DNA from: an uncultured Chloroflexia bacterium | Lineage (GTDB): Bacteria > Chloroflexota > Anaerolineae > JAAYZQ01 | Reading direction: 5' to 3' | Length of the DNA stretch: 64,000 nucleotides | NCBI GenBank assembly: GCA_963700285.1 | Contig: CAVOXA010000010.1 | Span: 1 to 64,000 of the forward strand | Part shown: positions 39,909 to 50,037 of the stretch, in pieces | How positions within the stretch are numbered: the first letter of the stretch is position 1 | How the letters are laid out: each line of letters begins with the position of its first letter | The notes under the pieces: generated by a model | Seen by the model: only the letters and a program-made list of their open reading frames with translations | Database searches by the model: none | Told to the model about the DNA's origin: nothing | Program-made: the position numbers and the translations under genes

Positions 39909-40406
39909 CTATTTGATCCCCAGTTTTCTCTTGACGTGGGGAACCAATCCGCCTGTATCCAGGATCTCCATCACCGATGGAGCCAGCGGCGGGAAGCTGT
40001 ATTCGGCGCTGGGGGTTGTGACCACGCCCGTATCAAAGTCGATGGTGACCGTGTCCCCCGTCTCGAGGGTGTCCACCGCATCACAGGTAACGATGGGCAG
40101 GCCCTCGTTGATGCAGTTCCGGAAGTAGATACGGGCGAAGGATCGAGCCACAATGGCGCCCACACCTGCCTCCTTCAAGCAGATGACCGCCTGCTCGCGC
40201 GAGCTGCCACAACCCCAGTTCTTCCCCGCAACGATGACGTCGCCCTGCCGGACATTCTGAACGAAATCAGGATCCAGATCCTCCAGGGCGTGCTCGGCCA
40301 TCTCCATGCGATCGGAGATGCTATAGGTATACTTGCCCGGAAAAATGACGTCGGTGTTGACATCGTCGCCATACTTCCACACGCGGCCCGTGATTCGAGT
40401 CTCCAA
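39909..40406 (-). CDS. Aconitase-family small subunit (LeuD/HacB-like)
   Basis: GDDVNTD, NWGCGSSREQA, SFARIYFRN..N.G, GGL. Confidence 0.9.
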   Translation of the reverse strand: METRITGRVWKYGDDVNTDVIFPGKYTYSISDRMEMAEHALEDLDPDFVQNVRQGDVIVAGKNWGCGSSREQAVICLKEAGVGAIVARSFARIYFRNCINEGLPIVTCDAVDTLETGDTVTIDFDTGVVTTPSAEYSFPPLAPSVMEILDTGGLVPHVKRKLGIK

Positions 40407-40498
40407 GTGCTTCCTCCTGCGTTAAAAGGGTTGTGAAGGGGCAAAAAGGCTCAAGGCAAGGCCGTTGCGCCCGCCAGTCCTTCCTACCTATTCCCGAT

Positions 40499-41839
40499 CT
40501 ACTCGTTCCAGGTGACGGCAATCCGCTGGTATTGCCACCCCCGTACCGGGTCATTGCCGGCACTGGTTCCCACGATCTTGCGCTGGTTAGAGCCATCGGC
40601 ACTCATGGCCATCACCGCCCAACTCGTGCCATTCTGGTCGCTCAGGTAGTAGATGATCTTGCCATCCGGCGACCAGGCCGGCAGTGCGTCGTTGCCTTGG
40701 TTCTTGGTGAGCTGGCGTTTCCCCGAACCATTGGCATGGATGGTATAGACCTCAAAATCGCCATCGCCCTTGCTCCAATAGGCGATCCTGGTCCCGTCCG
40801 GCGAGACAGCCGCGCCACCACCCCCATCTTCGGTGAGCTGCCGCTTCCCGCCACCATCCGGGTTGATGCGGAAAATGCCGCACCTGTTGTTCTCACACGA
40901 ATCATAGGCAATGAAACCGCCCTTTAGGCTCCAGTTGGGCCGCAGACCAGGCGTCAGTGGGTGATTGTCCGAGCCGTCCTGATTCACCAGATAGACCTGG
41001 GGCTGGCCGTACAGATCCGTATAGGCCAACTGCTTGCCGTCCGGGGACCATGTCGGAAAGGAGGACTCTGAGTTGTCCACGATCCGCGTCAATGTCTCTT
41101 TGTCCGAATCCCAGATGTGGAGCCCATCAGTCCAATGATAGAAAGCCAACTTGACACCGTCGGGAGAAATCGCCGGCTCACTGGCCCGGCCTGCCCCTTC
41201 TACCTTCACGATGTCGCTGCCGTCCCCATTCATGCCCCACAAGCTATAGTCCTGGAGGTCTGGCCCCTTGAAGGCGGTGTAAACCACATAGTAGGATCTG
41301 AAAGATGTCGGCTCGGACACCGGCTCAGCGGTTGGCGTATTCTCGGGCGGGTTGTCCGTCTGCTTGGGCTCGGGCGCAACAGAGGTGGCCGAAGGCTCCA
41401 CGGGCTGGGTGGTCGCCAATTCCGTCGCCGTGACCTCTACCGAGGGCGTTTTCTTGGTCTTTTTCCCGGAAGAGGTCGCTTCTGCTGCCGGTGTATCTGT
41501 GGGCTGAAGCACCGTTGGCGCTGCCGCAGCCTCAGTTGGCGTTACTGTAGCCTCAGGCGGAGTCTCCGTCGCAATTGGCGTAGCCGTGGCTTGAGGGAGG
41601 ATCTCTGTCGGCGGAGGCGTATCGCTGGGTACAACCTCAGGCAAAGGGGTGAAGGTGGCCGTCACGACCACGATCACGGGTTCAGGGGTGAAAGTAGCTG
41701 TCACAACTACAATCTGCGTGGTCGGATCTGGCCCACTACATCCCAGCAGTACAGCCGCGACAACCAGAGTTAGCAGCAGGGGGGCAACAGCCCTTGTCCA
41801 GTGCGGGCGAGTCCAGGCACAGCGATTGGCATCAGTCAC
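40499..41839 (-). CDS. Lipoprotein with Pro/Thr linker and a TolB-like (PD40) beta-propeller
   Basis: LLGC lipobox; PT repeats; repeated P.WSPDG motifs. Confidence 0.82.
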   Translation of the reverse strand: MTDANRCAWTRPHWTRAVAPLLLTLVVAAVLLGCSGPDPTTQIVVVTATFTPEPVIVVVTATFTPLPEVVPSDTPPPTEILPQATATPIATETPPEATVTPTEAAAAPTVLQPTDTPAAEATSSGKKTKKTPSVEVTATELATTQPVEPSATSVAPEPKQTDNPPENTPTAEPVSEPTSFRSYYVVYTAFKGPDLQDYSLWGMNGDGSDIVKVEGAGRASEPAISPDGVKLAFYHWTDGLHIWDSDKETLTRIVDNSESSFPTWSPDGKQLAYTDLYGQPQVYLVNQDGSDNHPLTPGLRPNWSLKGGFIAYDSCENNRCGIFRINPDGGGKRQLTEDGGGGAAVSPDGTRIAYWSKGDGDFEVYTIHANGSGKRQLTKNQGNDALPAWSPDGKIIYYLSDQNGTSWAVMAMSADGSNQRKIVGTSAGNDPVRGWQYQRIAVTWNE

Positions 41840-41876
41840 GCGGCCTCTCCCTCTCCAGAAAAGAAACCTGACCCAG

Positions 41877-43130
41877 CTATAGCCCGCGGGGGTCGCTGAT
41901 CACACCGGTCAGCGCAGAGGCAGCAGCCGTGGCCGGGCTGCCCAGGTAAATCTCTGCATCGCGGCTACCCATACGCCCCCTAAAGTTCCGGTTCGCCGTC
42001 GAAATCGATCGCTCGCCAGGCGCCATGCAGCCTTCGTGCGCGCCCAGGCATGGCCCGCAGCCAGGGTTGAGCAGTGTAGCTCCTGCAGCCAGTAAGTCAC
42101 GGATAACACCTGCGTCGATGGCCGACAACAGCACCTCACGGGACGCTGGCAGGACCAATAAACGCACGCTCGGCGCGATCTGCCGGCCGCGAAGAATGTC
42201 AGCTGCTGCCTGCAGGTCCTCCAGACGGCCGTTGGTACACGTGCCAATAATGGCCTGGTCGATCCGGGTACCCGCAGCCTCCGAGACTGGAACCGTATTG
42301 TCCACTCGGTGGGGCTTGGCTACCTGCGGTTCGAGCTTGCTCGCATCATAGTACAGCTCCCGAGCATAAATCGCATCCGGATCAGGAAGGATCTCCAGAT
42401 ATGCCTCAGCCGTGCGCCCTGCCAACCAGGCCCGGGTCGTGGCATCGGGGGCTACGTAGCCATTCTTGGCGCCCATTTCAGCAGCCATGTTGCACAGTAC
42501 CTGGCGGCTGCCCACACTCATCGCCTCGATGGTCGGCCCGGCGAACTCTACAGACATATAGTCGGCACCACTGGCGCCAATGTCGCCAATGATGTACAGG
42601 ATCAGGTCCTTGGCCGACGTCCTTTCAGGCAGGTCGCCCTCGACAACAATGCGCAAGCTTTCGGGCACACGCAGCCAAATCTCACCCGTGGCCATAACCG
42701 CCGCGGCCTCCGTACGCCCGATACCGGCCGCAAAGGCTCCCAGTGCCCCATGGCTGGGCGTATGCGAATCACTGCCCACGATGAGCATGCCGGGCAGGGC
42801 ATGCCCATGCTCTGGCAGAACCTGGTGGCAGATTCCCTCACCGATGTCGTAAAAGGCCGCGATGCCCTGTTCCTGCACAAACTCGCGGGTCTCTTTGTGG
42901 CTTTGAGCATAGGTCTCGTTGGCTGCAGGAGTCACGTGATCGAGGATGATCACGTTCATACCAGGATCCGCCACCCGGTCCACGCCCATCTTGCGGAGTG
43001 TCTTGGCAATGGCCGAGGTATTGTCGTGAGTAAGGAGCTTGTCAGGTCGTACGGTCACTATCTGTCCCGGTACAACTTCATCCAGACCGGCCTTCAGGGC
43101 CAGGATCTTTTCTGCAAAGGTCTTACCCAT
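41877..43130 (-). CDS. Aconitase-family large subunit (LeuC/HacA-like)
   Basis: GICHQV, GSDSHT, CNM, IGTCTNGR, PGCGPCLG, NRNFRGRMG. Confidence 0.92.
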   Translation of the reverse strand: MGKTFAEKILALKAGLDEVVPGQIVTVRPDKLLTHDNTSAIAKTLRKMGVDRVADPGMNVIILDHVTPAANETYAQSHKETREFVQEQGIAAFYDIGEGICHQVLPEHGHALPGMLIVGSDSHTPSHGALGAFAAGIGRTEAAAVMATGEIWLRVPESLRIVVEGDLPERTSAKDLILYIIGDIGASGADYMSVEFAGPTIEAMSVGSRQVLCNMAAEMGAKNGYVAPDATTRAWLAGRTAEAYLEILPDPDAIYARELYYDASKLEPQVAKPHRVDNTVPVSEAAGTRIDQAIIGTCTNGRLEDLQAAADILRGRQIAPSVRLLVLPASREVLLSAIDAGVIRDLLAAGATLLNPGCGPCLGAHEGCMAPGERSISTANRNFRGRMGSRDAEIYLGSPATAAASALTGVISDPRGL

Positions 43131-43173
43131 GTGTCATGTACCCCCTCTTTGGGACTGGCACCCTGTTTCGCCT

Positions 43174-43254
43174 ATTGTATTCCATTCGGTGCTAGATGTC
43201 AACATCACCGGCTTGGACTGCCAACTTGCAAACCCCCTGGGCTGATGCTATAAT
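43174..43254. promoter_or_regulatory. Divergent sigma70 promoters (LeuC-like operon and dedA)
   Basis: Minus: TTGACA-17-TACAAT (43202-43174). Plus: TTGCAA-17-TATAAT (43226-43254). Confidence 0.7.
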
Positions 43255-43337
43255 TGGACGTCTTTCTGGCAGCACCATTTTGGGCGGCCGCCCCTCTGGG
43301 CGAGCCGCCGTTTCAAACAGGGGGTAGAACCTTGGAG

Positions 43338-43994
43338 ATGTTAGAGCATCAGTTGGTTGAATTCTTGACCAACTTGATCCAGACGATTGGCTGGTTTGGT
43401 GTAGTGGTCATTATGGCCCTCGAGAGCGCCAACATCCCCATTCCCAGTGAGGTGACCATGCCCCTCGCTGGCTGGATGCTGGTGCAAGCGCGAGAGGGGA
43501 CATCGCTGCAAGCCTTTCTGCTTGGTGGGTTCTGGGGCGCCGTGGGGTGCACCATTGGCTCCGTGATCTCCTATTGGCTGGGTGCGTGGGGTGGCCGACC
43601 GTTGGTGGAACGCTACGGAAAGTATATCCTTGTCCACGAAGAGGATCTGGAGAAGGCAGATCGATGGTTTGCTCGCTGGGGCGACTGGGCAGCCTTTATC
43701 TCGCGGCTATTGCCCATCGTGCGGACCTTTATCTCCTTTCCCGCCGGGGTGGTGCGCATGAACTTTCCCCGCTTTACGGTCTATTCCTTCGTCGGTTCAT
43801 TCATCTGGTGCGGGCTGCTGGCCATGGGCGGTTTCTACTTTGGCGAGCACTGGGAGGAGCTACGGGCCCTCATGCGCCCCTTTGACATCCCCATCGCCAT
43901 CGTCATCATCGCTGCATTCATCTACTATATTTACCACCACATACGTAAAGGCTCCAAGAAAACCGCATTGGCTGATGCGGAGGCCACAGAATGA
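43338..43994 (+). CDS. DedA family membrane protein
   Basis: LES..IPIPSE..MP.AG, WGGRP, RLLPIVRTFISFPAG. Confidence 0.92.
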   Translation: MLEHQLVEFLTNLIQTIGWFGVVVIMALESANIPIPSEVTMPLAGWMLVQAREGTSLQAFLLGGFWGAVGCTIGSVISYWLGAWGGRPLVERYGKYILVHEEDLEKADRWFARWGDWAAFISRLLPIVRTFISFPAGVVRMNFPRFTVYSFVGSFIWCGLLAMGGFYFGEHWEELRALMRPFDIPIAIVIIAAFIYYIYHHIRKGSKKTALADAEATE

Positions 43995-45115
43995 CCCTCT
44001 CCCGTCCTCCGCTGCGCGATAGCTACGAAGGCCTATACAGCCAGGCGCAGATGGCGCAGCGCGCTGGCGACACAGACGCCGCTATCAGTCTCTACCGCCG
44101 TCTGGTCAGCAGACTGGGTCGCCTGAATGAGAGGATCCTGGGCCGGCGCCCTGATCTGGGCGAAATGCATCTGCGGGCTGGCCTCGAACTCACCGAGCTG
44201 CTCCGTGCAGAGGGCCGCTATGCTGAAGCCTACGAGACCAAGAACCAACTGACTACAAGCCATCCTCACATGGCCGAGGAGTGGCGGCGAGACCTGGCAG
44301 TCATGCGCGTTGCCAAAGGAGATGTCGACCCGGGCTTGGCCGAACTGCAGACCCTGGCCGAGGAAGACGCCGGCAACCCCGGGGGCTGGATCGCCCTTGG
44401 CAATGAGGCGCGCATTGAGGGCCGGTTCTCGGAAAGTCAGGCGGCACTCGACCGCGCTTTGGACGTCAGTAGCAGGGATAATCCCTGGGAGCTGGCCGAC
44501 GTATATTTCCAGCGCTTCTTATTGTACAAGGAGATGGGAAGCCTCGACAATGCAGTTGCTGCCTGGGAAGAAGCAGTAAACTGGGACCTGGAAAAGAGAT
44601 CCACAATCCGCGAACTGTACACCATGCTCGCCGACGCCGGTCGCTACAGCGAGGCGCAACAATACATCGACCAGGATGAGAACCCACTGCAAAGCGGTTT
44701 TCAGCGGGGGCTCATCGCCCAGCTAACCGGCAACAACACCAAGGCTCGCGACGAGTGGCAGGCAGTTGCAGAGCTGGATCCAGGTTCTTTCGAACGTGGG
44801 CATGACTGTTGGGTAGAATCAGTCTTGCGACTCGGCGATCCCGAGCCAGCACTGCGAGGACTTCAGGAGCTTCTGGCAAAGCTGCCAACACCACGGCTGC
44901 TGACACTCGCTGGCATTGCCTGGGCCATGCGCGATGATAAAGAACTGGCCAAGGCTCTTCTCCAACAATCCATCAAGCAGCTACGCCGGCATCGCCCACC
45001 AAAGCAAAAGCTGGACAGTACCGACTGGCGGCTGCTCAACTCGCTCATCACCGACGACAAGATGAAATCTGAACTCAAGCCTTACTTTGCCGTTGTCGAG
45101 ACGGTCTGGGACTAG
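43991..45115 (+). CDS. Tetratricopeptide repeat protein
   Basis: Repeated G.Y.EA / A...W..A helical pairs; ATGA overlap with dedA. Confidence 0.75.
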   Translation: MTLSRPPLRDSYEGLYSQAQMAQRAGDTDAAISLYRRLVSRLGRLNERILGRRPDLGEMHLRAGLELTELLRAEGRYAEAYETKNQLTTSHPHMAEEWRRDLAVMRVAKGDVDPGLAELQTLAEEDAGNPGGWIALGNEARIEGRFSESQAALDRALDVSSRDNPWELADVYFQRFLLYKEMGSLDNAVAAWEEAVNWDLEKRSTIRELYTMLADAGRYSEAQQYIDQDENPLQSGFQRGLIAQLTGNNTKARDEWQAVAELDPGSFERGHDCWVESVLRLGDPEPALRGLQELLAKLPTPRLLTLAGIAWAMRDDKELAKALLQQSIKQLRRHRPPKQKLDSTDWRLLNSLITDDKMKSELKPYFAVVETVWD

Positions 45116-45308
45116 TCCATAGCCCTACGCCAGGCAGGCGAACTGCACGGTCACTGCCCATTGTTTGTGTTTGGATGGCCGTGGGTTCTATGCTATAATC
45201 CGCCGTTGTGCGATTGCCACCCTTTCCTGGTTAGGAATGGGACGGTGACTGACTGAGCGTTGTACTACTATTTTGCCCGCTCAATGACGGTATGTGAGGT
45301 CATAGTGC

Positions 45309-47529
45309 ATGCGTTTTGCTGAGGCAGAACAAAAGTACCACCAACTGGAAAAGAAACTCGTCCAGGGTGAACTCTCTGAAGAGGGCTTTCTATCACAGAC
45401 CGCAGAGTTGCGGGTGGTAGACGATACTGGCCGCCGTTGGATGCTCAGTGGCCGGAGCGGTCGTTGGCTTTTATACGACGGCCAGCAGTGGGTATTCTCC
45501 GAGCCCCCCGAGGATCAAGCGGTGATTGAGGTTGATGCCAGTCCGGAAACTGAGGCCGAAGAAACAGCCAGGGCAGAGGCAGAACCCCAGAGAGTGGAAG
45601 AAGTTGATGAGCCACCAAAAGCGGTTTCAGTCCCAGCCGCAGTACCCGAGTCTCTACCGCCAGAGCCAAGGGGTACCCAACCCCTTGCTGCTCGGCTGCT
45701 GACCATCGCGGCCGTAGGCCTCATTTTTGTTAGCTGCCTCATCGGTGGGGGCATCGCCAGCTGGGTATTCCTCCTGCGCAACATGGGGGATACCGAGCTC
45801 GTGCCCACGGATGTCCCGGTTGTGAGCATGGTAGAAACCTATACCCCGCGGCCGGCAACGCCCACATACACACCTACCTTTACACCCACTGCCAGCCGCA
45901 CTCCGACCCCATCGATCACGCCCATTTCAAGTGCGACACCCATCCCGACCGACACCCCCGTCCCCACCAATACCGCGGTTCCCACAGCAACTTGGACACG
46001 CCCACCGTCGACGCCTACTTCTCAGCCCGCTGTCTCGTCTCCAACGACCCTCAGCAGGGCGCCCACGTCTGCTGCACCGACGGCGGTATCTGCTCTAGCG
46101 ACTCCTACGACGCAAAGCGCCCAAACCTATACCATCAAGGTAGGGGACACTCTCTCCGAGATTGCGACACAATTTGGGGTGAGCGCCGCGGCGCTGGCCC
46201 AGGCCAATGGCATCACCAATGCGGCATTGATCCGTCCGGGGCAGGTCCTCGCAATTCCTGCGGCTGGTACGGCAGCGCCCGCCAGCGCCCAGACCTACAC
46301 AGTAAAAGCAGGGGATACGCTGTCCGAAATCGCGACACGATTTGGAGTGAGCGCGACAGCCCTGAGCGACGCCAATGGCATCACCAATGCGGCCTTGATT
46401 CGTCCTGGCCAGGTTCTGGTGATCCCAGGCCCAGGTACAACGGCCGCAGTGGGATCCAATCAGCCCACGCCGACGTGGACGCCTATCATTGTGCGAACAC
46501 CCAGTGTCTCTGCTACAACCAGAGCGACCGCCATCTCTACCCCCGGCACCGCCACAGCCAGCCCAACGACTACCGCGAGCACGTCTACGCCTACGCCTAC
46601 ACCCACCAACAGCCCAACACCTACACCAACCAAGAGCGGGCCCACGACCACACCCAAGCCGACCTCTGTCCCGACGGCAAAGCCAGCAGATCTATCTGGA
46701 AAGATCGCCTTTACTGTGTGGAACCCGTACAACCACAAGTATGAACTCAATGTCAGCCGCATTGACGGCAGTGGTCGCAACATGCTTGGTGAAGGATTCC
46801 GCCAACCCCAGTTCCGGCAAGATGGCAACTTGCTGGCCGTCAACGGCGATGGGGCGTCGAATTTCGAGCACCTGGTGACCATGAATCCTTCGGGAGGCGA
46901 AAGGTCCGGAGTCAGCAACTATGCGGAGGACAGTTATCCCACCTGGTCGCCTGACGGCGCCATTGTCGCCTATTCCTCCGGTTCCTGGGGGGATGGAAGA
47001 GTCCGGCTGGGCATTGTGCACGACATGTTCGGTGTGCAGCAAAACTGGATCCCCCTCGGAAACCTGCAGGTCGAGGGCAAGTTCCCCTTCTGGATGGCCG
47101 ATGGGCGCATCGTCTACCAGGGTTGTGACTCAGCTGGGGGAGGTGGCAACTGTGGACTGTATTGGGTAGGAGCCGGCGGCGGCGACTATCACCGCTTGAC
47201 CAACCACGAGAGGGACACAGCACCCTCGGGCTTTGGAACCCGCGTGGCCTATATGTCTGATCGCGATGGGAACTGGGAGGTGTACGCCCTCGATATGAAC
47301 GGCGGCGCAGCGCCCATACGGCTGACCCAGAATCCTGCCCAAGATGGCTTGCCCACCTGGTCGCCCGATGGTAAATCGATCGCATTCGTCTCCAACCGGG
47401 GCGGAGCATGGGCCATCTGGGTGATGAACGCCAATGGCAGCAACCAGCGCAAGCTCTTTGACTCTGGGCGGCGGGTACGGTGGCGGTGAGTATGACTGGA
47501 CGACTGAACGGATCTCCTGGGCGCCGTAA
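45309..47529 (+). CDS. Membrane protein: Trp-rich N-domain, TM helix, Pro/Thr linker, two LysM domains, TolB-like propeller (frameshift near 47463)
   Basis: YT.K.GDTLSEIA..FGVS..AL..ANGITN...I.PGQVL.IP twice; WSPDG repeats; the C-terminus ..LGGGYGGGEYDWTTERISWAP* is in the shifted frame. Confidence 0.85.
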
Positions 47530-47627
47530 TATCCGCTGGGATTTGATCCCGTCTCGCAACGAGGCCTATAGCGCCAGCCTTTTGGCACTATAGGCCTTGG
47601 ACTGAGAAGACGGGGCTGGGATAGACT

Positions 47628-48770
47628 ATGTCAGAGAGGCAAGGTGCAGGTCGCCAGCAGGGGAGCCGTGCAATGACTTTGGAGAGCTTGGGTGCTCTGG
47701 TCCTGATCCTGGGGTTGGTCACCGTACTATTCATAAGCAGCGCTCCCATCTCCTCCAGCCACCCGGTGCTGGGCACACCGACCCATACGCCAGCCCCGAT
47801 CGTCGTTGTGGTTGCAGCCCCAACCAAAAGTCCGGTACCGACGGCCACGCCCACACAGCGTCCTACGGTGACACAGGCGCTGACGTCCACAGCTACACAG
47901 CGCCCCACAGCCACCGCAACCCTCACACCGGCCCCAACTGAAACTCCGACTCTGACACCTACCGGCATTACTCCGCCGCCTGCGGCAGCCGCTTCTCACC
48001 TGTGGCTGTCATCTCCCATTCCTCTGGACAGTACGGGCGACCGGTACCCCGGAACCTACTTTCCCTACGGCGCCACCATAGAAGGACGCTACTACCGGCA
48101 CCATGGCGTGGACTATATGAACCCCACCGGTACGCCGATACTGGCCGCAGCGGCAGGGCGCGTCATCATCGCTGGCAACGACCTGGAGACCGTCTTTGGC
48201 GTCAAACCTGACTTCTATGGCAACCTTGTGGTCCAGGAACTGGATCAAAGATACCAGGATCAGCCTGTCTATCTGATCTACGGGCACCAGTCGGAAGTCT
48301 TGGTCAAAGCGGGCGATCACCTGGAACCTGGCGACGTCGTAGGCCTAGTCGGCATGACTGGCGTGGCCATCGGCAGCCACCTCCACCTAGAGGTACGCTA
48401 TGGCGAAAACGAATATGCGGACAGCCGCAACCCCATCCTTTGGCTCCAGCCCGAGGACGGACAGGGAATCATCGCCGGCCTGGTGGTCGATGCGCAGGAA
48501 CAACCGGTCTCCGAAACACCCGTGACCTTCTTCCGTGCTGCCGAGCCTAGCAAGTGGTGGCGGCAAACCTTGACCTATGCCGGCCAGGATCCCAAGGCGC
48601 CAGGGACTCCCCTTGGCGTCGATGACCAGATCGGCGAGAACTTTGCCTTGGGCTACGTACCTGCGGGCGACTACCTGGTCAAAGCTCAGATCGGGGCAAA
48701 GTCCTACGTCCAGCCGGTGACCGTGGCGGCTGGAGAAGTTGCCTTTGTCCGGATCTCAGCGGCAGAGTGA
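47628..48770 (+). CDS. M23 family metallopeptidase with Pro/Thr linker and C-terminal carboxypeptidase-regulatory-like domain
   Basis: HHGVD, YGN, YGH, G.TG..IGSHLHLEVR, NP. Confidence 0.9.
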   Translation: MSERQGAGRQQGSRAMTLESLGALVLILGLVTVLFISSAPISSSHPVLGTPTHTPAPIVVVVAAPTKSPVPTATPTQRPTVTQALTSTATQRPTATATLTPAPTETPTLTPTGITPPPAAAASHLWLSSPIPLDSTGDRYPGTYFPYGATIEGRYYRHHGVDYMNPTGTPILAAAAGRVIIAGNDLETVFGVKPDFYGNLVVQELDQRYQDQPVYLIYGHQSEVLVKAGDHLEPGDVVGLVGMTGVAIGSHLHLEVRYGENEYADSRNPILWLQPEDGQGIIAGLVVDAQEQPVSETPVTFFRAAEPSKWWRQTLTYAGQDPKAPGTPLGVDDQIGENFALGYVPAGDYLVKAQIGAKSYVQPVTVAAGEVAFVRISAAE

Positions 48771-48803
48771 CCTGCTTCCCGTACCAAAGCAGATATCAGA
48801 GAG

Positions 48804-48840
48804 AAACGGCGCCAGTGCGAGCCAGGCGCTGTTTTTTTGT
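48804..48840. terminator. Terminator between convergent genes
   Basis: AAACGGCGCC...GGCGCTGTTT followed by a T-run. Confidence 0.55.
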
Positions 48841-48867
48841 CCATCATTCAGTTGGTGGCCCCAGTTC

Positions 48868-50019
48868 TCATGCCGGGTCCAACTCCCGGGGTGCCGTGTA
48901 CATGGCCACGATGTTCTCCAGCGGGGTGTCGGCCTGGAGATAGTGGGCCGACGTACAGATGTATCCGCCCCCTGCACCCAGCACCTGGCATCGATCTCGA
49001 ACTTCAGCCTCTACCTCAGCCGGCGTGCCGTGGGGCAGGGTGTGCTGGATGTCGATGGCACCATGGAAGGCCAGCCTGTCACCAAACTCGGCCTTGATGC
49101 GGGCCATGTCCATGCCCGCCGCGCGTGGCTGCAGCGGGTTCAACACATCGATGCCCATCTCGTCCACAAAGGCAGCGATGAATGGGTAGATCGCCCCGCA
49201 GGAATGGTACATGATCTTGACCGGGTACCTGGCCGCCCGGATGGCCGCATTCAGGCGCTGGTGTCGGGGCAGGATGTACTTGCGCCACATCCGCATCGAC
49301 ATGAGGGGGGAATTCTGAATGCCCACGTCATCATAGGTGTAGACCATATCCAGCAGTCCACCCGCGGCCTCGATGACGCGCACGGTGTTTTCAATATAGA
49401 CGTCGGTAAATCGGTCCATGATGGCGCAGGCCACTTCAGGCTTGTCCACCAGGTCCAGGAGAAAGCGCTCAAAGCCGCGCAATGCCCACGACCACTCAAA
49501 GACGCCACCGACCTCATAACGCAGGTGGTAGCGCAGGTCGCCGGTCAACTGCTCGCATTGCTCCCGCACCGACGACACATCCCAGTCATCAGGGCTGGCC
49601 CAATCCCAGCTCAAAACGTCTCCAGCGGTCTCGGCTTCGGCCAGAGGATGCCCCGCGTACTCGTCATAGGTGCTGAACTCGTTGGTCACAGAGCGGCGAT
49701 GGGTACCCCAGGCGTCGATGTAGGTGCCATCGGGCAGGTTGCGAGCCTTGGTGCCCACATAGCCCGTCCTGACCATGCGGCAGTCGATCCCCAACAAGCG
49801 CAGGATCTCCTCCTCATCGTTAGCACCCAAGCCCGTGCGTAGTTTGTCCCAGACTTCAGGCACCGCCCAGAAGTCAAAGGGAACCCTGTCCGGCTGGCGG
49901 TGAGCCAGGGCTGTTTCCACACGCTGCCATGGGCTCAGGTCCGAGTCCTCGGGCCGCCCGTAACATTCCTCCAGATGGATTCGCAAGTCCTTGGACTTTG
50001 CCAAGATCTCCTCGCTCAA
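48868..50019 (-). CDS. Uroporphyrinogen decarboxylase/MtaA-like family protein
   Basis: PDRVP, DAWG, LRGFERFL.D, DD.G.Q, YHSCG, LNPLQP, GAIDIQ..LP.GT, GGYI. Confidence 0.85.
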   Translation of the reverse strand: MSEEILAKSKDLRIHLEECYGRPEDSDLSPWQRVETALAHRQPDRVPFDFWAVPEVWDKLRTGLGANDEEEILRLLGIDCRMVRTGYVGTKARNLPDGTYIDAWGTHRRSVTNEFSTYDEYAGHPLAEAETAGDVLSWDWASPDDWDVSSVREQCEQLTGDLRYHLRYEVGGVFEWSWALRGFERFLLDLVDKPEVACAIMDRFTDVYIENTVRVIEAAGGLLDMVYTYDDVGIQNSPLMSMRMWRKYILPRHQRLNAAIRAARYPVKIMYHSCGAIYPFIAAFVDEMGIDVLNPLQPRAAGMDMARIKAEFGDRLAFHGAIDIQHTLPHGTPAEVEAEVRDRCQVLGAGGGYICTSAHYLQADTPLENIVAMYTAPRELDPA

Positions 50020-50037
50020 CCTCAGCCTTGACCTAAA

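Noticed and set aside
45195-45300. c-di-GMP or c-di-AMP riboswitch before the LysM gene
   Set aside because: Two hairpins are possible, but the GNRA loop/GCAAA and ydaO consensus elements are absent.
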